From the NCBI GenBank assembly GCA_965657355.1, contig CBFHOE010000009.1, positions 1 through 64,000 on the forward strand: a stretch of 64,000 nt of DNA, read 5' to 3'. The notes under the pieces are model-generated. The model was not told the DNA's origin. It ran no database searches and saw only the letters and a list, made by a program, of their open reading frames with translations. The DNA is from Limisphaerales bacterium. GTDB taxonomy: Bacteria > Verrucomicrobiota > Verrucomicrobiia > Limisphaerales > JAJOIW01. The position numbers were made by a program, and so were the translations under genes. Below are positions 30,454 through 41,003 of the stretch, piece by piece. Each line of letters starts with the position of its first letter. Position 1 is the stretch's first letter.

Positions 30454-30866
30454 CGATAAAATTTTACTTAAAACCTAGACTTTATGCTTTACTGAAATTT
30501 TATAGAAGCATTTTACAAATTCAATTCTTGTCCCATGAAAAAAAGTTGAAAGCGAGGACGGAGTCATTCGTTAATCCTTTTTCCATCACGAGTGAGTTCA
30601 CTTTCAAATTTTTAGGGTTGGATTTTTTTGCCCACAGAAAGCTTATTTCCTAAACTAAAATAAGGTTTAAAGATTCCCTGATGAGTCCAATACCTTTTCT
30701 CTATTGCATCACGAAAGAAATTGGTATGATTATGATTTCGATAGAGCGAGAATCTAAATTGTTTTTTCAATAACTGGCTTTCATAGACCTCTCTTGTGTA
30801 TTCAACGGGAAATAGCACAAAGAGCCATGTTTTTTGGGGTCATGCTAAAGTCATTAAATATCGTCA

Positions 30867-31757
30867 CTATTGGGTCAAAAACAGGATAGCTTCAGAAAGC
30901 CAACCACTATCCCATCTGTGCTCACGTTTTTGATCGACCGCATACTTGTGGGATATGCCTCTTTTTATCATGAGATTGTGAATGACACCCCCTCCCCGAG
31001 TCCGATGACTTCCCAATCGATTATAATAAAACAGGCGCGGATCTCCCCCAAGACCTTTTATCGGTGTTTTCAACAAAGTGGAAATTCTATATTTTTCGAA
31101 GTTCTCGTTGCTACCAAAATCTCGTCTGATGCGATGGATTTTTTCAGTTGGGTTTTCAAATTGTCCCGTATCAATCCGAATACCTGGATCCCAGGCAACA
31201 GCTTTATTAAACTTGTCGGGGTGTCGCAAAAGCAAACTTATTGCACCCCAGCCTGATTTACTAAATCCAACCAATAATCGCCCTTTATAATTTTTAATAA
31301 CTGGATAGTTTTCTTCAATATACGGAATTACAGTTTTCAAAAGATGACTTTCATCTTTCTTATTTGGGTTTAAGTCGTGGTCGGCATACCATGGCTTTGA
31401 AGAAAATGAGGGAGCAACACAAATCAATTTGTGTTCGTTATGAATGTTAAGTTTTTGAACCTCCAATAAACCATTACCATTCTTGAACAATCCACTTTCA
31501 TGGACAGGTAAGACGAAAAGTATTCTGTAGCGATAATCGTGTTTTATGTTTTTAGGTAACAATACACGAAGGATTGTATTATTTTTTTGGTGTGGAGACA
31601 CTAGCGTGTGATTTCTTATGCCCTTATCATCAATCCACAGTGGCCGATCCTTTTGGCCTGATGCAAATTCAACAAGCATGGCAAACCAGGTTATGAGTAG
31701 GAATACGCGAAGACTGTGCCCTGAGAAAAGACGATCATATTTTTGATTTTTCAGCAT
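30867..31757 (-). CDS. Alpha/beta-hydrolase (putative esterase)
   Basis: VLLP...YRILFVLP, VIPYIEENY, GFSKSGWG nucleophile and HRW motif. Confidence 0.8.
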   Translation of the reverse strand: MLKNQKYDRLFSGHSLRVFLLITWFAMLVEFASGQKDRPLWIDDKGIRNHTLVSPHQKNNTILRVLLPKNIKHDYRYRILFVLPVHESGLFKNGNGLLEVQKLNIHNEHKLICVAPSFSSKPWYADHDLNPNKKDESHLLKTVIPYIEENYPVIKNYKGRLLVGFSKSGWGAISLLLRHPDKFNKAVAWDPGIRIDTGQFENPTEKIHRIRRDFGSNENFEKYRISTLLKTPIKGLGGDPRLFYYNRLGSHRTRGGGVIHNLMIKRGISHKYAVDQKREHRWDSGWLSEAILFLTQ

Positions 31758-31790
31758 TATTATTTATCAGGCCTATGCTCGTATGATGAT

Positions 31791-33299
31791 TTATTTGGAA
31801 AGGCGTTTCAGTTCTCTATCTGCCCTTTTACGGAGCTGAGACAGAGTATATGAATAGTCCTTGTTGGCGACCAAATTCGTCCATTCATTGGTATCAGAAC
31901 TGAGATCATACAACTCTTCATCACCGTTGGTGTAGCGAATATATCGCCATTGTCTGGTTCTCAGTGATAAGTTGCCTTTATCGAACATCGTCACCACAAC
32001 TCTGTCTGTCTTTAATAGAGGGTCGCGTAATAAAGGAACAAGGGAATGACCATCCAAAACTGGAGGTCTTGGTAGATCGCATAATTCTACCAGTGTTGGA
32101 TACAAATCAATAAGGCTAACAGGTTCAATGCACACACTCCCACCAATCGCAAAATCAGTTTCCAATTTTTTGGGAGGCACAATGATCAGCGGGACACGCG
32201 TCGACCGTTCCCATGGCGTCCACTTACCCCAATGCATCTTCTCTCCTAAATGCCAGCCATGGTCAGACCATAGAACAATCCATGTATTTGACGACGCTGA
32301 TGATTTATCCAAAACATCCATCAAACGGCCAATTTCATTGTCGATATATGTAATGCATGCCAAATATGATTCCACAGCTCTTCGCCATTGACCATTTTTA
32401 ACAACCGTGTAGTGAAGGCCTGCAGTATCGGCTTCTACTGCCCAGCGTTTACCTATCTTGGTAAGATCTTGAATATCATCTTTGAGCACTTTTGGTAATT
32501 GACCAGGGTCTTCTTCAAAACGAGCAAAAAAACGCTTAGGGGCATAAAGAGGAATGTGAGGTCTGTAATATCCAATACCTAGAAATGTGGGGCTTTCAAA
32601 GCCTTCAAGAATTTTATTTAGTGCCCAATCAGTTATTCGGGTATCACCAAAATCAGCATCAGGAACGTCAAAGGGGCCCCAGTCAAAAGACTCGCCGTCA
32701 GTGGTATGAGGTCTGCGATCAGAGGGCATACGATTCAAGGGCAAAACAACACTGTTTCCCTGAAGATCTTTGGTGATATGCCTAGGGTCGGTAGTTCCTT
32801 TAGATGGCAGTTCGTCGAGTGAATATTTTACAGCCCCCTGAGGCAATGGACTCCAGCGTTGAGCAGTATTGAAACTTTCATCATAACGTGTTGCCTTATC
32901 ACCAGAAAGCTTGCCAGTGCCCATTGTTTTAAATCCTGCCTTGGAAAATGCGCGGACTAGTCCCATCGCATTCGGATTAAGGCTTCCAAATTTGGGATAC
33001 AGATTCGACCAAACGCCAGTTCTTTGCGGCATCAAACCACTAAAAACTGTAGATCTCGAAGGGTTGCAGGCAGGCGAGGCACAATGAGCATTCGCAAATA
33101 AAATCCCCCTGGAAGCCAGACGATCCATGTTTGGCGTCAATGCCTGAGGATGCCCATCCAGACAGCCTATCCAATCATTGAGGTCGTCAACAGAAACGAA
33201 AAGCACATGAGGCTTACCCTCGGTACTCAAGGCCGATAATGCGCTCATGAAAGCGAAGAGAATTGGTAAAAACATTTGCATTATCATAATTTGATTCAC
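31791..33299 (-). CDS. Sulfatase (S1, iduronate-2-sulfatase-like)
   Basis: VDDLNDW, CNPSR, RPHIP and SDHGWHLGEK motifs. Confidence 0.95.
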   Translation of the reverse strand: MNQIMIMQMFLPILFAFMSALSALSTEGKPHVLFVSVDDLNDWIGCLDGHPQALTPNMDRLASRGILFANAHCASPACNPSRSTVFSGLMPQRTGVWSNLYPKFGSLNPNAMGLVRAFSKAGFKTMGTGKLSGDKATRYDESFNTAQRWSPLPQGAVKYSLDELPSKGTTDPRHITKDLQGNSVVLPLNRMPSDRRPHTTDGESFDWGPFDVPDADFGDTRITDWALNKILEGFESPTFLGIGYYRPHIPLYAPKRFFARFEEDPGQLPKVLKDDIQDLTKIGKRWAVEADTAGLHYTVVKNGQWRRAVESYLACITYIDNEIGRLMDVLDKSSASSNTWIVLWSDHGWHLGEKMHWGKWTPWERSTRVPLIIVPPKKLETDFAIGGSVCIEPVSLIDLYPTLVELCDLPRPPVLDGHSLVPLLRDPLLKTDRVVVTMFDKGNLSLRTRQWRYIRYTNGDEELYDLSSDTNEWTNLVANKDYSYTLSQLRKRADRELKRLSK

Positions 33300-33689
33300 A
33301 GTGAGTTCATTTTTTTCGCTTTAGTTCAAATGGTTTTCTTAATTTCTAACAAAAACATACTTATCCACCAAGGTCTTCATTTGCTCATGTCAAAATGGCC
33401 AACCCAACCGTAATGAAATTTCAGAGCATCTTATTTTATAGTGATCACATCGTTTATAATTCAGGCTTAGAGCTCCTCTAAAATGAAACTGGATTACCAC
33501 CGACTCAATATGGCGAACGGCATCTTAAAAATGCATGTTCGGTTTACTTGAAATACAGTCAGGTTTAAAGATAACTGAATTGATCTTATCAAGTTCCATT
33601 AAGTAGGTTCACTTTTTTACGGAAGCAAAAGATGAATCGAGTGCCGTATTAGCTCTAAAAACGTATAAGCAAAATCGTCTAAGCTTGGT

Positions 33690-34598
33690 TTAGAAATTCT
33701 TGATATAGTTTTGAATAATATCCATGGCACTGAGGCCTTTGAGCCATTTCTCTGGCAAGCTCGAAGCATGGGAACGCGCGCCATGAACCATACCTAATAT
33801 CATGCCTCGGGCAGCAGAATCTCCTCCAACTCTATTATTAGCGATTAATGCGCCTGCTGCATCTTCTGGATATTTGATAAGCAGGTAGCATGTCAAAGGA
33901 AACGCTTGTGAAATATCACATCCAAGGCCATGAGCTTCAGCAACACGAAAATCATTATCAAATGAATTGCTGGATCCGACAGCCGCATCATACCATTTTT
34001 TAGGAATGGATTGCCAATGAGTCATACTTGCAGTTGATTTTAGTGCATCGCTTATATGCTGCCCATCTTTCACCAAAAGAACGACTCTGGCAAAGAACTC
34101 AGCGGCCTCAACAACTGAGGGGTCACCGTGAGTAAAAGCAGTTTGACGACGGACGGCTTCGAATAAATCATCATCACCCCTCCAAGGAAGGAGGAAAAAT
34201 GGGGCAATGCGCGCCGCCCCGGCAATGTCATGAGAAAGAGACGACGAAGCTAAAACTGAAGAACCTGAGGAAAGGTTCTCCAAGGTCTCCCTGGTAGCAC
34301 CATCTCTGTAACTAACAGTTTTAGTATCTTTCCAAAAAGCAAGCCATTCCTTGGCGAAGTCTTGAAGATCAAAACACTTTTTGTCCGATAATGACTTCAG
34401 CAAAACAAGGACTTGGTCACCGTAATGAGTGAAGTCGCCTGCTTTTTTTCCTGAGTGATACTTACTGATTGGATTTGAGTAATTTTCAGTCCCATGAATA
34501 TGTTCGGCAATTTCTGATTGGCTATATACCCAATGAGTGCCCAGCGAAAGTGCGTCGCCGATTAATGAGGTTATTAAAATAGATTCATTGACCTTCAT
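33690..34598 (-). CDS. ADP-ribosylglycohydrolase family protein (SelJ/J1-crystallin-like); start reassigned to ATG 34598 (or 34613)
   Basis: GDALSLGTHWVY, GDFTHYGDQ, QTAFTH and GGDSAARG motifs. The first ~85 aa of the 392-aa track ORF do not look coding. Confidence 0.85.
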   Translation of the reverse strand: MKVNESILITSLIGDALSLGTHWVYSQSEIAEHIHGTENYSNPISKYHSGKKAGDFTHYGDQVLVLLKSLSDKKCFDLQDFAKEWLAFWKDTKTVSYRDGATRETLENLSSGSSVLASSSLSHDIAGAARIAPFFLLPWRGDDDLFEAVRRQTAFTHGDPSVVEAAEFFARVVLLVKDGQHISDALKSTASMTHWQSIPKKWYDAAVGSSNSFDNDFRVAEAHGLGCDISQAFPLTCYLLIKYPEDAAGALIANNRVGGDSAARGMILGMVHGARSHASSLPEKWLKGLSAMDIIQNYIKNF

Positions 34599-35151
34599 AA
34601 ATTTTCGTACCATTGGATCTTGGCATTCACAAATCGGCAAGATAATTCCCCAAATTAAGCGAGTAATATTCAAAACTTTAACAGGGTATTGAATCCCTGA
34701 AACCGATATCAAAGAGTTAAAAAAGAAGAATGGAGCGGCATTAAATAATTTTTGGGATAACCGAAGGATGCTATCCCGGCTTAAATTGTAATTAATGAAA
34801 TACCTTTCTGAGTTTCCCAGAATAATACAATGTCCATTCCAGCCAAAAAGATCCTCAATCAGAGTCAAAGTTATCCTATACCTTTCAAAGCCTCATGCTG
34901 TGGGAAAAAAATTAATTACCTTTTGAAACCTATCTCAGTATCTTAAAATTTTCTCGCATAATCTTTTTCGCTGGCGTTCCAGTCAAAGTTTTGAGCTGCT
35001 GAATTTGACAATTTAATAGCGACGCAAAGAAGGGTTATTTCCTGTTGAAATTTCGAATAATTGTATGTGCCTAAGTGATAGTTAAGCCATGTAAGAGTGG
35101 GCGGGATGAAAATAAGATAAAAACAAAAACAAGCCATTTGTGATTTAAAAA

Positions 35152-35676
35152 CTAGTCCTCTAAGGGACAATCCACACAATACTTGCGTCTACCACAAGGC
35201 TGACAGTGATCGCCAATCCAGACTCGATCAAATTGGTTCATAATTCCTTGGACCATATCCGGATCTTCGGTGAGTATGCCAGATTCAAAATTTCTTCTGC
35301 GCTCACTTTTAGCACCGAGGCCTGCACCTGTCAGGTTAGCGCTTCCAGTGTATGCCTTTTTTCCATCGACTATAACACACTTGAAATGGACCCTGGGGCA
35401 AAGCATGCGTTCTAATTTTTCTATTAGATTCGGATATCTATCGAAATCATTTCTAAAATTGGGCCCGGGTTCTTTAGCATGCAATAAGCGCACAGAAACG
35501 CCCAAATCAATGAGATCGGAGATGATTTCCAAAAAAGGAACAAACCTCTTTCCCTTTTTGACATGCATATCCTTGATATCAGCTGTAGCAATCCAAAGCA
35601 AATTACTGGCTTCGACAACCATTTGCTGCACGACTTGTTCGTAGATTGCTTTATCGGTTATGAATTCAGTCTTCAA
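35152..35676 (-). CDS. Single-HKD phospholipase D/nuclease-family protein with a C-terminal Cys cluster
   Basis: HFKCVIVDG-x5-GSANLT motif; TTG start; C-terminal CQPCGRRKYCVDC. Confidence 0.88.
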   Translation of the reverse strand: MKTEFITDKAIYEQVVQQMVVEASNLLWIATADIKDMHVKKGKRFVPFLEIISDLIDLGVSVRLLHAKEPGPNFRNDFDRYPNLIEKLERMLCPRVHFKCVIVDGKKAYTGSANLTGAGLGAKSERRRNFESGILTEDPDMVQGIMNQFDRVWIGDHCQPCGRRKYCVDCPLED

Positions 35677-35771
35677 ATGACAACGTGGACAAGCATTATT
35701 AAAGATTATGCCCCAAAATAGCTAACATATTCTAATGGTGGCGTCTTTGATTTGTGGGGCCCTTATTAGAT

Positions 35772-36818
35772 CTATGGAGATCCTGAATCCCAGCCAGTTG
35801 GCTTGACTTCAAATGAGACTAAAACAGCAGCGTGATCAGAGGGAAACTCAGGGAAATTTCGATTGTGGTGATTCCTGAAGTTTTTTATCACAGATGCCTT
35901 TTGGGGCAGAAGATTTCCCTTGGCATAAATAAAGTCAATTCGAGCATATGGGTTTCTATACTCAGGGCTTGGGTTTTTTTCTCCATTTAATGCTACGAAA
36001 CCTTTGCCTGATTCATAGATAAAATCTTCACCCACTGTCGTCCAGGTATGTCCTAGTGTTTTTTTAGTGATCTTCGGATGAACCTTGCGGAAAGCATCTA
36101 CGAACCCTTTTTGAATCATTATATCATGCGTTGGTGTCGCTTCCAAAATGCGACCGTAATTCAAAGATTCAGCTGAATCGCTATAGTCGAGGCGGCTGAC
36201 ACAATTAAAATCTCCAGCTACAATAATTGGAGTAGTTTCGAATCTTTCCATATCAGCTTTAACTTCTTGGTGATTCAAAAATTTGTGTATCATTTGAGAC
36301 CTTACATTGTCCCCTGAAACGAAATCTTCGTCGGAAAGCTCTTTATTTTTGATCTCGACAATGTGACGTCCACCGCTCGTCAGCCAAATACAATAAATTC
36401 TGATTTTCGTAGTCTGCGACAGATTGGCGGTAGCCCCAATAAATGAAAATGAAGACAACCCTTGTGGAGTGCCAACGTGGGTCAATTTATAACGGCTGAA
36501 GATGCTTAAATTTGCCCCTCCCCCTGGCGTATAATAGTAAAAACCAAGATCATCAGCGATATCTTGAGCCGAGCCATAGGTTTCTATCATCGCAATGATA
36601 TCTGCTTTACTGGTTTGCAAGATCTCGATCATTCGCTGCCGCGCCGTTAAACCATCAATGGTATATCTGGGATCCTGATTTAATTTCCCCCAAATGTTCC
36701 AGGTCATAACTGAAAGGTTTCGTGGCTTAGGCTCACCAGAAGCTGACGAAAACCCACACCATATAACTAAAAACAGATAGATAAATCGCCCCACCTCAGT
36801 GAAATTTAATTTCTTCAT
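35772..36818 (-). CDS. Exported endonuclease/exonuclease/phosphatase (EEP) family protein
   Basis: MTWNIW, IE, AGDFN, RIDFIY and SDHAAV motifs; signal peptide. Confidence 0.88.
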   Translation of the reverse strand: MKKLNFTEVGRFIYLFLVIWCGFSSASGEPKPRNLSVMTWNIWGKLNQDPRYTIDGLTARQRMIEILQTSKADIIAMIETYGSAQDIADDLGFYYYTPGGGANLSIFSRYKLTHVGTPQGLSSFSFIGATANLSQTTKIRIYCIWLTSGGRHIVEIKNKELSDEDFVSGDNVRSQMIHKFLNHQEVKADMERFETTPIIVAGDFNCVSRLDYSDSAESLNYGRILEATPTHDIMIQKGFVDAFRKVHPKITKKTLGHTWTTVGEDFIYESGKGFVALNGEKNPSPEYRNPYARIDFIYAKGNLLPQKASVIKNFRNHHNRNFPEFPSDHAAVLVSFEVKPTGWDSGSP

Positions 36819-37168
36819 AATTGAATCATCCCCATGAATAAACTACCCGCATTCTTGTTTGCCTACAAAATGAGCGAAGTTGATGGCATCAGACGGTTTC
36901 GAAGTTTTAAGCAAACTATAAGAATTTGCAACGATCGACACTTTAGCACACCCATCCCCACCCAGTCTCTAGATGCAAAAATCCCACCATTTTTCTCCCA
37001 CTTTCTCAAAAGGTATGGCAATTATTGGAGTGGCGGGCTTCGAATTTTCTAAATCTAAGAGATTCACAACTATGACTTGATCAAAGTCGGTTGGATCCAC
37101 TAATTTCTAAACTTTAGTAATTTAGAAAATCCAAAATACAGCTCAGGTGAAAAGTTCCGGTAAAATAT

Positions 37169-40100
37169 ATGAGTAAAGAAATTAAAAAGCTTCTGGTTGC
37201 CAATCGCAGTGAAATCGCCATCCGTGTTTTCAGAAGTGCTCACGAACTTGGCATACGCACTGTTGCTCTTTACACTCACGAAGACAGATACGCGCTCCAT
37301 AGATTTAAGGCAGACGAAGCTTACCTTATTGGAAAACCGGGTGAGCCAATAAAAAGTTACCTTAACATCGATAACATCATTGAAATTTGCAAAAAGCACA
37401 ACATCGATGCAATCCACCCAGGATACGGATTTCTCTCAGAAAAGCCCGAATTTGCGAGGGCCTGCGAAGCCAATGGCATTATTTTTGTCGGCCCATCAAT
37501 ACACGCCCTTGAATCTCTGGGAGATAAGACGGCAGCCCGTAAAATCGCCGAAAAGGCAAAAGCACCAATTCTTGGTGGCAGCAAGGATGCCATCACTGAT
37601 GCGCAAGCGGGTTTTGAAACAGCCAAAAATCTCGGGTTTCCTATTATGCTCAAAGCAGCTCATGGGGGCGGCGGACGTGGTATGCGGGTCGTAAAAGAAG
37701 AAAAAGAATTTATCAAATCATACGAGCAAGCACGTAGCGAATCTCTTTCAGCTTTTGGAAGCCCAGACATTTTTGTGGAAAAGTTCATCGGGCGAGCACG
37801 GCATATCGAAGTTCAACTACTGGGTGATCAGCACGGTAATTTAGTTCATCTCTTCGAACGTGATTGTTCGGTGCAGCGACGACATCAAAAGGTGGTGGAA
37901 ATAGCCCCAGCTCCCAACCTTCCTCCAGATGTCCGGAAAAACCTCTGTGAAGCGGCAGTAAAAATTGGATCACAAGTCGGATACTCCAATGCTGGCACTG
38001 TCGAATTCTTATTGGATGCTGATACCAATAAATTTTATTTTATTGAAGTAAACCCTCGTATTCAAGTTGAGCACACCGTCACAGAAGAAGTCACAGGTTT
38101 TGACCTGATCAAATCGCAAATCCTCATCGCCATGGGTAAGAGTTTGGATGACCCTCAGATTGGGATTGAAAAACAAAAAGACATCGCGACACATGGTTTC
38201 GCTATTCAGTGCCGCATCACCACTGAAGACCCGACTCAAGGCTTTACCCCAGATTATGGAAGAATGACCCACTATCGATCTGCCTCAGGCTTGGGAATCC
38301 GCCTTGATGCCGGGTCAGCATTTTCTGGTGCTGTTGTCACTCCTTACTATGATTCCATGCTAGTAAAAGTCACAGCACGTGCTCGCAGATTTACGGATTC
38401 CATTGGAAGAATGGAGCGCGCTCTCAGCGAATTTCGTATTCGTGGAGTAAAGACAAACATTCCATTTTTAAAGAATCTTTTAAGCTACGAGATTTTTAAG
38501 AACGGACAATGTACGACACGTTTTATCGATCAAACACCCGATTTGTTCGTTTTGCCAAGCCGAAGAGACCGCGCAACTAAACTCCTCAAATACTTAGGAG
38601 ACGTTCTGGTTAATAAAAACGAACTTGTCAAAGATCGGCCTGTAGCTACACGGCGTGAACCCGCTCCACTTCCAGATACTTCACACATCCAAACAGCTCC
38701 TGATGGCTTCAGGCAAAAATTTCTGACTTTGGGTGCAGAGAAATTCTGCCAGTCGCTCCTTGATGAAAAAAATCTTTTGATGACTGACACCACCTTCAGG
38801 GATGCCCATCAATCTTTGTTGGCAACACGCATGAGAACATATGACTTGGAGCGCATCGTAGAGTCATATGCAAAGCTCACGCCGCAGTTTTTCTCATTAG
38901 AAATGTGGGGAGGCGCTACCTTTGATACAAGCATGCGTTTTCTCAAGGAATGTCCTTTTCAAAGGCTCTCAGACATGCGCGCCAAATCACCAAACATTCT
39001 TTTCCAGATGTTACTGCGTGCATCCAATGCTGTCGGATATACAAACTATCCAGACAACATTGTCAAAGAATTCGTCAAGGAATCAAAACAAGCAGGAATG
39101 GATGTTTTTCGAGTTTTTGATGCCTTGAATTGGGTTCCAAACATGAAGGTTGCTATGGAGTCAGTAGTGGAGTCGGGTGGCATTTGTGAAGCCACAATCT
39201 GTTACAGCGGCGACATACTCAACCCTGATCGAAGTAAATATGATTTAGATTACTATCTCAAAATGGCAAAAGAGCTCGAAAAGATGGGGGCTCATATTAT
39301 TGCCATAAAAGATATGGCTGGATTGCTAAAACCAGACGCAGCCACCATTTTAGTTAAAGCCCTGAAAGAAACTATTGGTCTTCCAATCCATCTGCACACT
39401 CACGATACAGCCGGCATTCAAGCTTCTTCGATCATAAATGCCTCAAAGGTTGGAGTCGATATTTCTGACGCAGCCATGGCTCCTCTCTCCGGGGGTACTT
39501 CTCAACCAAACTTGAATACCATCGCTGAATCACTCCGCTTCAGCGACCGGCCCACTGGACTAGATGTCGACGCATTGGACCAAATCGCAGAATACTGGAG
39601 ATGTGCGCGTGAATTCTACGCGCCATTCGAAGCCTCGGTATTACCTGCCTCCGCCGATCTCTATCAACACGAAATGCCCGGCGGTCAATTTACTAACCTC
39701 TACCAACAAGCACGTGCTCTGGGTTTAGCCGATCAATGGGCAACCGTCTGTAAAACTTACGCCCAAGCTAATCAACTCTTCGGAGATATTGTTAAAGTAA
39801 CGCCAACCTCCAAAGCCGTGGGCGATATGGCTTTGTTCATGGTGGCTAATGAGCTGAGTCCGGATGATGTATTGGACACAAGTCGTGAGCTCGCCTTTCC
39901 TGCCTCCGTAATTGATCTTGTGGGTGGAATGATGGGCCAGCCAAAGGGTGGCTTCCCAAACGAAATCACGAATGTTATTTTGCGTGGGGAACAACCCCTT
40001 ACTGAGCGACCAGGTGAATCTCTGCCCCCTGCAGATTTTACTGTGGCTCGAGTCGAAGTAGAAAAAATGCTCAGACGTGAACCCAGTAATGCGGAGGTTG

Positions 40101-40618
40101 TTTCGTATTTACTCTACCCCAAAGTATTCGAAGAATTTGCTAAGCATCAGGTTCAATATGACAAAACAAGTATGTTGCCGACACCGGTCTTTTTCTATGG
40201 TCTGGAATCCGGTGAAGAAATTGCCATAGAAATTGAAACTGGAAAAACGCTTATTGTAAAATTCCTCACCATAAGCGAGCCGCATACTGATGGCACTCGA
40301 ACAGTTTTCTTTGAACTCAATGGACAACCTCGTGAAATTTCAATTCTGGATAAAAGTATTGAAATTGCGGGCTCAAAAAAATTAAAAGCGGATAGCGATA
40401 ACCTAGGCCATGTTGGGTCAAGTATGCCTGGCATGGTTGTTAACGTCGCTGTAAATCCTGGAGATACGGTCAAAAAAGGACAAAAACTTCTCGTCCTCGA
40501 AGCTATGAAGATGGAAACGACGATCTATGCCGAAATCGAAGGGAAAGTTAAACAAGTTATAGTGAGTCCTGGGTTTCAGGTCGAAACAGGCGATTTGCTG
40601 GTAGACATTGAAGTTTGA
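37169..40618 (+). CDS. pyc: Pyruvate carboxylase
   Basis: Biotin carboxylase (ANRSEIA, GGGGRGMR, RDCSVQRRHQK), carboxyltransferase (RDAHQS, HLHTHD) and biotinyl EAMKM domains. Confidence 0.98.
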   Translation: MSKEIKKLLVANRSEIAIRVFRSAHELGIRTVALYTHEDRYALHRFKADEAYLIGKPGEPIKSYLNIDNIIEICKKHNIDAIHPGYGFLSEKPEFARACEANGIIFVGPSIHALESLGDKTAARKIAEKAKAPILGGSKDAITDAQAGFETAKNLGFPIMLKAAHGGGGRGMRVVKEEKEFIKSYEQARSESLSAFGSPDIFVEKFIGRARHIEVQLLGDQHGNLVHLFERDCSVQRRHQKVVEIAPAPNLPPDVRKNLCEAAVKIGSQVGYSNAGTVEFLLDADTNKFYFIEVNPRIQVEHTVTEEVTGFDLIKSQILIAMGKSLDDPQIGIEKQKDIATHGFAIQCRITTEDPTQGFTPDYGRMTHYRSASGLGIRLDAGSAFSGAVVTPYYDSMLVKVTARARRFTDSIGRMERALSEFRIRGVKTNIPFLKNLLSYEIFKNGQCTTRFIDQTPDLFVLPSRRDRATKLLKYLGDVLVNKNELVKDRPVATRREPAPLPDTSHIQTAPDGFRQKFLTLGAEKFCQSLLDEKNLLMTDTTFRDAHQSLLATRMRTYDLERIVESYAKLTPQFFSLEMWGGATFDTSMRFLKECPFQRLSDMRAKSPNILFQMLLRASNAVGYTNYPDNIVKEFVKESKQAGMDVFRVFDALNWVPNMKVAMESVVESGGICEATICYSGDILNPDRSKYDLDYYLKMAKELEKMGAHIIAIKDMAGLLKPDAATILVKALKETIGLPIHLHTHDTAGIQASSIINASKVGVDISDAAMAPLSGGTSQPNLNTIAESLRFSDRPTGLDVDALDQIAEYWRCAREFYAPFEASVLPASADLYQHEMPGGQFTNLYQQARALGLADQWATVCKTYAQANQLFGDIVKVTPTSKAVGDMALFMVANELSPDDVLDTSRELAFPASVIDLVGGMMGQPKGGFPNEITNVILRGEQPLTERPGESLPPADFTVARVEVEKMLRREPSNAEVVSYLLYPKVFEEFAKHQVQYDKTSMLPTPVFFYGLESGEEIAIEIETGKTLIVKFLTISEPHTDGTRTVFFELNGQPREISILDKSIEIAGSKKLKADSDNLGHVGSSMPGMVVNVAVNPGDTVKKGQKLLVLEAMKMETTIYAEIEGKVKQVIVSPGFQVETGDLLVDIEV

Positions 40619-41003
40619 GAAACTCTGGCTCTGACACTCAATATGAGGCTTATCATGCTAAAAGTTAAACAGTGAACAAATCCAACCGGCTGTATGAACT
40701 GGATTACAGCTAAGTCATTTATAAAAATTTCCCCATCCGGCAATGATCGGGTATTGCTGAGCCAAGCGGGCAGATAAAATTTTAAGGATACCTCGGAAAA
40801 CATTCAATTTGTGAAAAGACTTTTCAATCAATCAAATCATCAAGAAAAAGTTTAGACAACCCAGTCAGGCATTAATTAATGCTCGCAAGAATTCTAATGG
40901 CAAAGGACATTAATCCGGATAGCTTTTGATTGTTTTATGATAATAAATGCGCACCACTTATTTATGGACAATCAATTTGGATTTAATCCGTTTTTCAATG
41001 ATT

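Noticed and set aside
33580..33592. TTGATCTTATCAA as an FNR/CRP box
   Set aside because: The spacer is 3 nt rather than the 4 nt of TTGAT-N4-ATCAA.
34599..34868. N-terminal 90 aa of the 392-aa ADP-ribosylglycohydrolase ORF
   Set aside because: The composition is not protein-like and the family motifs start right after Met91, so this is an ORF-caller extension.
40812..40826. Palindrome TGAAAAG-A-CTTTTCA as an operator
   Set aside because: It lies between convergent gene ends with no promoter to control, is AT-rich, and occurs only once.
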